A model generated the notes under the pieces. That model had not been told where the DNA came from. It saw only the letters and a list, made by a program, of their open reading frames with translations, and did not search any database. A stretch of 64,000 nt of DNA from the human T2T-CHM13v2.0 reference genome, Homo sapiens: the NCBI RefSeq assembly GCF_009914755.1, contig NC_060928.1; one strand, 5' to 3'. The number at the start of each line of letters is the position of its first letter. The first letter of the stretch is position 1. Positions 55,401-64,000 of this stretch are shown here, in pieces. The translations under genes and the position numbers were made by a program.

Positions 55401-58400
55401 TTTTGGAAACACTCTTTTTGTAGAATCTGCAGGTGGATATTTGGATAGCTTAGAGGGATTCGTTGGAAAGGGGATATCTTCATATAAAATCTAGACAGAA
55501 GCATTCTCAGAAACTTATTTGTGATGTGTGTCCTCAACTAACAGAGTTGAACCTTGGTTTTGATACAGCAGTTTGGAAACACTCCTTTGTAGAATCTGCA
55601 GGTGGATATGTGGATAGCTTTGAAGATTTCGTTCGAAACGGGAATTTCTTCATATAAAATCAAACAGAAGCATTCTCACAAACATCTCTGTGATGTTTGC
55701 ATTCAGCTCATGGAGTTGAACACTTCCTTTCATAGAGCAGGTTTTAAACACTCTTTCTGCACTACCTGGAAGTGGACATTTCGAGCACTTTGAGGCCTAT
55801 GGTGAAAAAGGAAATATCTTCTCATAAAAACCAGAAAGAAGCATTCTCAGAAACTTCTTTGTGTTGTGTATACTCATGTAACAGTGTTGAACCTTCCTTT
55901 TGACAGAGCAGTTTTGAAACACTCTTTTTGTAGAATCTGCAAGTGGATATTTGGATAGCATTGAGGATTTCGTTCGAAACGGGATATCTTCATATTAAAT
56001 CTAGACAGGAGCATTCTCAGAAACTTCTTTGTGCTGTGTGTCCTCAATTAACAGAGTTGAACCTTCGTTTGGATACAGCACTTTGGAAACATTCCTTTAG
56101 TAGAATCTGCAAGTTGATATTTAGATAGCTTTGAAGATTTCGTTGGAAACGGGAATATCTTCATATAAAATCTAGACGGAAGCATTCTCAGAAACTGCTT
56201 TGTGATGTTTGCATTCAAGTCACAGAGTTGAATATTCGCTTTTATAGAGCAGGTTTGAAACACTCTTTCCGGACTTCTTGGAAGTGGACATTTCGAGCGC
56301 TTTGAGGCCTATGGTGAAAAAGGAAATATCTTCCCATAAAAACTAGACGGAAGCCTTCTCAGAAACTTGTTTGAGATGTGTGTATTCAACTAGGAGAGTT
56401 GAACATTTCTTTTTACAGAGCAGTTTTAAAACACTCTTTTTGTGGAATCTGAAAGTGGATATTTGGATAGCTTTGTAGATTTCGTTGGAAACGGGATGAC
56501 ATATAATATCTAGAGAGAAGCATTCTGAGGAACTTCTTTGTGATGTTTGCATTCAAGTCACAGAATTGAACATTCCCTTTCATAGAGCAGGTTTGAAACA
56601 CTCTCTCTAGTATCTGGAAGTTGACATTTCAAGCGCTTTCAGGCCTATGGAGAGAAAGGAAATACCTTCAAATAAAACTAGACAGAAGCATCCTCAGAAA
56701 CTTATTTGTGATGTGTGTCCTCAACTAACAGAGTTGAACCTTTGTTTTGATACAGCATTTTCGAAACACTCCTTTTGTAGAATCTGCAGGTGGATATTTG
56801 GATAGCTTTGAAGATTTCGTTGGAAACCGGAATATCTTCATATAAAATCAAGACAGAAGCATTCTCGGAAACATCTCTGTGATGTTTGTATTCAACTCAG
56901 TAGAGTTGAACACTTCCTTTTATAGAGCAGGTTTGAAACACTCTTTCTGCACTACCTGGAAGGGGACATTTCGAGCGCTTTGTGGCCTATGGTGAAAAAG
57001 GAAATATCTTCTCATAAAAATCAGAAAGAAGCATTCTCAGAAACTTCTTTGTGTTGTGTGTACTCAAGTAACAGTGTTGAACCTTCCTTTTGACAGAGCA
57101 GTTTTGAAACACTCTTTTGGTAGAATCTGCAAGTGGATATTTGGATAGCTTTGAGGATTTCGTTGGAAACGGGTTATCTTCATATAAAATCCAGACAGGA
57201 GCATTCTCAGAAACTTCTTTGTGCTGTATGTCCTCAATTCACAGAGCTGAACCTTTGTTTGGATACAGCATTTTGGAAACATTCCTTTAGGAGAATCTGC
57301 AAGTTGATATTTAGATAGCTTTGAAGATTTCGTTGGAAACGGGAATATCTTCATAGAAAATCTAGACGGAAGCATTCTCAGAAAATGCTTTGTGATGTTT
57401 GCATTCAAGTCACAGAGTTGAATATTCCCTTTTATAGAGTAGGTTTGAAACACTCTTTCGGCCCTACCTGGAAATGGATATTTCGAGCTCTTTGAGGCCT
57501 ATGGTGAAAAAGGAAATATCTTCCCATAAAAACTAGACAGAAGCATTCTCAGAAACTTGTTTGTGATGTGTGTATTCAACTAACAGAGTTGAACTTTTGT
57601 TTTTACAGAGCAGTTTTAAAACACTCTTTTTGTGGAATCAGAAAGTGGATATTCGGATGGCTTTGAGGATTTCGTTGGAAGCGGGATTACATATAAAATC
57701 TAGAGAGAAGCATTCTCAGGAACTTCTTTGTGATGTTTGCATTGAAGTCACAGAATTGAACCTTCACTTTGATAGAGCAGGTTTGAAACACTCATTCTGT
57801 AGTATCTGGAAGTGGACATTTCAAGCGCTTTCAGGCCTATGGTGAGAAAGGAAATATCTTCTAATAAAAAATAGACAGAAGCATCCTCAGAAACTTATTT
57901 GTGATGTGTGTCCTCAACTAACAGAGTTGAAACTTTGTTTTGCTACCGCATTTTGGAAACACTCTTTTTGTAGAATCTGCAGGTGGATATTTGGATAGCT
58001 TAGAGGGATTCGTTGGAAAGGGGATATCTTCATATAAAATCTAGACAGAAGCATTCTCAGAAACTTATTTGTGATGTGTGTCCTCAACTAACAGAGTTGA
58101 ACCTTGGTTTTGATACAGCAGTTTGGAAACACTCCTTTGTAGAATCTGCAGGTGGATATGTGGATAGCTTTGAAGATTTCGTTCGAAACGGGAATTTCTT
58201 CATATAAAATCAAACAGAAGCATTCTCACAAACATCTCTGTGATGTTTGCATTCAGCTCATGGAGTTGAACACTTCCTTTCATAGAGCAGGTTTTAAACA
58301 CTCTTTCTGCACTACCTGGAAGTGGACATTTCGAGCACTTTGAGGCCTATGGTGAAAAAGGAAATATCTTCTCATAAAAACCAGAAAGAAGCATTCTCAG

Positions 58401-60050
58401 AAACTTCTTTGTGTTGTGTATACTCATGTAACAGTGTTGAACCTTCCTTTTGACAGAGCAGTTTTGAAACACTCTTTTTGTAGAATCTGCAAGTGGATAT
58501 TTGGATAGCATTGAGGATTTCGTTCGAAACGGGATATCTTCATATTAAATCTAGACAGGAGCATTCTCAGAAACTTCTTTGTGCTGTGTGTCCTCAATTA
58601 ACAGAGTTGAACCTTCGTTTGGATACAGCACTTTGGAAACATTCCTTTAGTAGAATCTGCAAGTTGATATTTAGATAGCTTTGAAGATTTCGTTGGAAAC
58701 GGGAATATCTTCATATAAAATCTAGACGGAAGCATTCTCAGAAACTGCTTTGTGATGTTTGCATTCAAGTCACAGAGTTGAATATTCGCTTTTATAGAGC
58801 AGGTTTGAAACACTCTTTCCGGACTTCTTGGAAGTGGACATTTCGAGCGCTTTGAGGCCTATGGTGAAAAAGGAAATATCTTCCCATAAAAACTAGACGG
58901 AAGCCTTCTCAGAAACTTGTTTGAGATGTGTGTATTCAACTAGGAGAGTTGAACATTTCTTTTTACAGAGCAGTTTTAAAACACTCTTTTTGTGGAATCT
59001 GAAAGTGGATATTTGGATAGCTTTGAAGATTTCGTTGGAAACGGGATGACATATAATATCTAGAGAGAAGCATTCTGAGGAACTTCTTTGTGATGTTTGC
59101 ATTCAAGTCACAGAATTGAACATTCCCTTTCATAGAGCAGGTTTGAAACACTCTTTCTCTAGTATCTGGAAGTGGACATTTCAAGCGCTTTCAGGCCTAT
59201 GGAGAGAAAGGGAATACCTTCAAATAAAAACTAGACAGAAGCATCCTTAGAAACTTATTTGTGATGTGTGTCCTCAACTAACAGAGTTGAACCTTTGTTT
59301 TGATACAGCATTTTCGAAACACTCCTTTTGTAGAATCTGCAGGTGGATATTTGGATATCTTTGAAGATTTCGTTGGAAACCGGAATATCTTCATATAAAA
59401 TCAAGACAGAAGCATTCTCGGAAACATCTCTGTGATGTTTGCATTCAACTCAGTAGAGTTGAACACTTCCTTTTATAGAGCAGGTTGGAAACACTCTTTC
59501 TGCACTACCTGGAAGGGGACATTTCGAGCGCTTTGAGGCCTATGGTGAAAAAGGAAACATCTTCTCATAAAAACCAGAAAGAAGCATTCTCAGAAACTTC
59601 TTTGTGTTGTGTATACTCAAGTAACAGTGTTGAACCTTCCTTTTGACAGAGCAGTTTTGAAACACTCTTTTGGTAGAATCTGCAAGTGGATATTTGGATA
59701 GCTTTGAGGATTTCGTTGGAAACGGGTTATCTTCATATAAAATCCAGACAGGAGCATTCTCAGAAACTTCTTTGTGCTGCATGTCCTCAATTCACAGAGC
59801 TGAACCTTTGTTTGGATACAGCATTTTGGAAACATTCCTTTAGTAGAATCTGCAAGTTGATATTTAGATAGCTTTGAAGATTTCGTTGGAAACGGGAATA
59901 TCTTCATAGAAAATCTAGACGGAAGTATTCTCAGAAACTGATTTGTGATGTTAGCATTCAAGTCACAGAGTTGAATATTCCCTTTTATAGAGTAGGTTTG
60001 AAACACTCTTTCGGCACTACCTGGAAATGGATATTTCGAGCTCTTTGAGG
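52443..60050 (+). repeat. 15-monomer higher-order repeat, period 2550 bp, about 3 tandem copies
   Basis: Equivalent monomers start at 53292, 55842 and 58392 (2550 apart), and at 54482, 57032 and 59585. The unit is one 7-mer plus one 8-mer. The ORF track repeats with the same offset (53393/55943/58493). Confidence 0.92.
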
Positions 60051-61783
60051 CCTATGCTTAAAAGGAAATATCTTCCCATAAAAACCAGACAGAAGCCGTC
60101 TCAGAAACTTGTTTGTGATGTGTGTATTCAACTAACAGAGTTGAACATTTCTGTTACAGAGCAATTTTAAAACATTCTTTTTGTGGAATCTGAAAGTGGA
60201 TAATTGGTTAGCTTTGTCGATTTCGTTGGAGACGGGATTACGTATAAAATCTAGAGAGAAGCATTCTCAGGAACTTCTTTCTGATGTTTGCATTCAAGTC
60301 ACAGAACTGAACATTCCTTTTCATAGTGCAGGTTTGAAACACTCTTTCTGTAGTATCTGGAAGTGGACATTTCAAGCGCTTTCAGGCCTATGGGGAGAAA
60401 GGAAATATCTTCAAATAAAAACTAGACAGAAGGATTCTCAGAAACTTATTTGTGATGTGTGTCCTCAACTAACAGAGTTGAAACTTTGTTTTGCTACAGC
60501 ATTTTGGAAACACTCTTTTTGTAGAATCTGCAGGTGGATATTTGGATAGCTTAGAGGGATTCGTTGGAAAGGGGATATCTTCATATAAAATCTAGACAGA
60601 AGCATTCTCAGAAACATATTTGTGATGTGTGTCCTCAACTAACAGAGTTGAACCTTGGTTTTGATACAGCATTTTGGAAACACTCCTTTTGTAGAATCTG
60701 CAGGTGGATATGTGGATAGCTTTGAAGATTTCGTTGGAAACGGGAATTTCTTCATATAAAATCAAACAGAAGAATTCTCAGAAACTTCTCTGTGATGTTT
60801 GCATTCAGCTCATGGATTTGAACACTTACTTTCATAGAGCAGGTTTGAAACACTCTTTCTGCACTACCTGGAAGTGGACATTTCGAGCGCTTTGAGTCCT
60901 ATGGTGAAAAAGGGAATATCTTCTCATAAAAACCAGAAAGAAGCATTCTCAGAAACTTCTTTGTGTTGTCTGTACTCATGTAACAGTGTTGAACCTTCCT
61001 TTTGACAGAGCAGTTTTGAAACACTCTTTTGGTAGATTCTACAAGTGGATATTTGGATAGATTTGAGGATTTCGTCGGAAACGGGATATCTTCATATTAA
61101 ATCTAGACAGGTGCATTCTCAGAAACTTCTTTGTGCTGTATGTCCTCAATTAACAGAGTTGAACCTTTGTTTGGATACAGCACTTTGGAAACATTCCTTT
61201 AGTAGAATCTGCAAGTTGATATTTAGATAGATTTGAAGATTTCGTTGGAAACGGGAATATCTTCATATAAAATCTAGACGGAAGCATTCTCAGAAACTGC
61301 TTTGTGATGTTTCCATTCAAGTCACAGAGTTGAATATTCTCTTTTATAGAGCACGTTTGAAACACTCTTTCTGCATTATCTGGAAGTGGACATTTCGAGC
61401 GCTTTGAGGTCTATGGTGAAAAAGGTAATATCTTCCAATAAAAACTAGACAGAAGCATTCTCAGAAATTTGTTTGTGATGTGTGTATTCAACTAACAGAG
61501 TTGAACTTTTGTTTTTACAGAGCAGTTTTAAAACACTCCTTTTGTGGAATCAGAAAGTGGATATTCGGATGGCTCTGAGGATTTCGTTGGAAGCGGGATT
61601 ACATATAAAATCTAGAGAGAAGCATTCTCAGGGACTTCTTTGTGATGTTTGCATTGAAGTCACAGAATTGAACATTCACTTTTATAGAGCAGGTTTGAAA
61701 CACTCATTCTGTAGTATCTGGAAGTGGACATTTCAAGCGCTTTCAGGCCTATGGTGAGAAAGGAAATACCTTCAAATAAAAAC

Positions 61784-61941
61784 TAGACAGAAGTATCCTC
61801 AGAAACTTATTTGTGATGTGTGTCCTCAAATAACGGAGTTGAACGTTTGTTTTGATACAGCATAGACAGAAGTATCCTCAGAAACTTATTTGTGATGTGT
61901 GTCCTCAAATAACGGAGTTGAACGTTTGTTTTGATACAGCA
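61784..61941 (+). repeat. Perfect 79-bp tandem duplication inside an alpha monomer
   Basis: TAGACAGAAGTATCCTCAGAAACTTATTTGTGATGTGTGTCCTCAAATAACGGAGTTGAACGTTTGTTTTGATACAGCA occurs at 61784-61862 and again at 61863-61941. Confidence 0.95.
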
Positions 61942-64000
61942 TTTTGGAAACACTCCTTTTGTAGAATCTGCAGGTGGATATTTGGATAGCTTTGAAGATT
62001 TCGTTGGAAACCGAAATATCTTCATATAAAACCAAGACAGAAGCATTCTCGGAAACATCTCTGTGATGTTTGCATTCAACTCAGTAGAGTTGAACACTTC
62101 CTTTCATAGAGCAGGTTTGAAACACTCTTTCTGCACTACCTGGAAGCGGACATTTCGGGCGCTTTGAGGCCTATGTTGAAAAAGGAAATATCTTCTCATA
62201 AAAACCAGAAAGAAGCATTCTCAGAAACTTCTTTGTGTTGTGTGTACTCAAGTAACAGTGTTGAACCTTCCTTTTGACAGAGCAGTTTTGAAACACTCTT
62301 TTGGTAGAATCTGCAAGTGGATATTTGGAGAGCTTTGAGGATTTCGTTGGAAACGGGTTATCTTCATATAAAATCCAGACAGGAGCATTCTCAGAAACTT
62401 CTTTGCGCTGTATGTCCTCAATTCACAGAGCTGAACCTTTGTTTGGATACAGCATTTTGGAAATATTCCTTTAGTAGAATCTGCAAGTTGATATTTAGAT
62501 AGCTTTGAAGATTTCGTTGGAAACGGGAATATCTTCATAGAAAATCTAGACGGAAGCATTCTCATAAACTGCTTTGTGATGTTTGCATTCAAGTCACAGA
62601 GTTGAATATTCCCTTTTATAGAGTAGGTTTGAAACACTCTTTCGGCACTACCTGGAAGTGGATATTTCGAGCTCTTTGAGGCCTATGGCTAAAAGGAAAT
62701 ATCTTCCCATAAAAACTAGACAGAAGCCGTCTCAGAAACTTGTTTGTGATGTGTGTATTCAACTAACAGAGCTGAACATTTCTGTTACAGAGCAGTTTTA
62801 AAACACTCTTTTTGTGGAATCTGAAAGTGGATAATTGGATAGCTTTGTGGATATCGTTGGAAACGGGATGACGTATAAAATCTAGAGAGAAGCATTCTCA
62901 GGAACTTCTTTCTGATGTTTGCATTCAAGTCACAGAATTGAACATTCCTTTTCATAGTGCAGGTTTGAAACATTCTTTCTGTAGTATCTGGAAGTGGACA
63001 TTTCAAGCGCTTTCAGGCCTATGGGGAGAAAGGAAATATCTTCAAATTAAAAACTAGACAGAAGGATTCTCAGAAACTTATTTGTGATGTGTGTCCTAAA
63101 CGAACACAGTTGAACCTTTGTTTTGATACAGCATTTTGGAAACACTCCTTTTGTAGAATCTGCAGGTGGATATTTGGATAGATTTTAAGATTTCGTTGGA
63201 AACGGGAATTTCTTCATATAAACTCAAGACAGATGCATTCTCAGAAACTTCTCTGTGATGTTTGCATTCCACTCATAGAGTTGAAAACTTCCTTTCATAG
63301 AGCAGGTTTGAAACACTCTTTTTGTAATATTTGGAAGTGGACATTTGCAGCGCTTTGAGGCCTACGGTGAAAAAGGAAATATCTTCTCATAAAAACCAGA
63401 AACAAGCATTCTCAGAAACTTCTTTTTGATGTGTGTACTCAAGTAACAGAGTTGAACCTTCCTTTTGACACAGCAGTTTTGAAACAATCTTTTTGTAGAA
63501 TCTGCAAGTGGATATTTGGATAGCTTTGAGGATTTCGTTGCAAACGGGATATCTTCATATAAAATCTAGACAGAAGCATTCTCAGAAACTTCTTTGTGCT
63601 GTATGTCCTCAATTAACAGAGTTGAACCATTGCTTGGATACAGCATTTTGGAAACATTCCTTTAGTAGAATCTGCAAGTTGATATTTAGATAGATTTGAA
63701 GATTTCGTTGGAAACGGGAATATCTTCATATAAAATCTAGACGGAAGCATTCTCAGAAACTGCTTTGTGATGTTTCCATTCAAGTCACAGAGTTGAATAT
63801 TCTCTTTTATAGAGCACGTTTGAAACACTCTTTCTGCACTATCTGGAAGTGGACATTTCGAGCGCTTTGAGGCCTATGGTGAAAAAGGAAATATCTTCCC
63901 GTAAAAACTAGACAGAAGCATTCTCAGAAACTTGTTTGTGATGTGTGTATTCAACTAACAGAGTTGAACTTTTGTTTTTACAGAGCAGTTTTAAAACACT

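Larger units (their letters stand above)
48290..64000 (+). repeat. Alpha-satellite array (about 171-bp monomers, about 92 copies), SF2-like, probably the diverged edge of chromosome 4 D4Z1
   Basis: Diagnostic alphoid motifs CATTCTCAGAAAC, ACAGAGTTGAAC and TTTGAAACACTC recur every 166-172 bp. Monomers carry either CENP-B boxes (TTTCGTTGGAAACGGGA) or pJalpha/A boxes (GGTGAAAAAGGAA). SF2-type strings are present (TTGGATAGCTTTGAGGATTTCGTTGG; GGGATTACATATAAAATCTAGAGAGAAGCATTCTCAGGAAC). Alpha identity is essentially certain; the chromosome assignment is inference (about 0.65). Confidence 0.97.

Noticed and set aside
48461-63828. Recurrent 60-145 aa ORFs in the alpha satellite (e.g. MDIWIALRISLETG...)
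   Set aside because: Incidental translations of alphoid monomers that recur with the repeat period. No coding evidence.
1-64000. Transposon insertion (Alu/L1), inversion or embedded unique sequence
   Set aside because: Reading through, every segment fits one of the two satellites in a single orientation. I saw no poly(A) tail, target-site duplication or strand switch, though a very short insert could be missed by eye.
48290-64000. Assignment to chromosome 3 (D3Z1), which also flanks HSat1A
   Set aside because: D3Z1 is an SF1-type 17-mer, whereas these monomers carry SF2-type signatures and a 7/8 register. Not formally excluded without alignment.

Overview
Primate, most likely human, centromeric DNA with no genes. 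Bases 1-48289 are an uninterrupted Human Satellite 1A array (HSat1A / SAR / classical satellite I). It has a 42-bp AT-rich unit made of 17+25-bp RsaI sub-units, and the T-rich strand stays on + throughout. At 48289/48290 it joins directly, with no linker, to about 92 monomers of CENP-B-box-rich alpha satellite (48290-64000). The monomers look like suprachromosomal family 2 (SF2). HSat1A abutting an SF2 array best fits chromosome 4 (D4Z1 edge); this is inference. All ORFs in the track are by-products of the repeats. The notable structure is architectural. (i) HSat1A is divided by about 75 copies of a conserved delimiter cassette into blocks of 42n+76 bp. These blocks are shuffled like modules, with a loose 11.6-13 kb super-period and recent 252-, 504- and 864-bp tandem duplications. 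(ii) The alpha array is built on a 7/8-monomer register from about 22 distinguishable monomer types. It contains a recent near-identical 2550-bp 15-mer duplication and a 79-bp out-of-register duplication, and CENP-B boxes are more often broken next to the junction. I found no evidence of a new protein-coding or prokaryote-type system.
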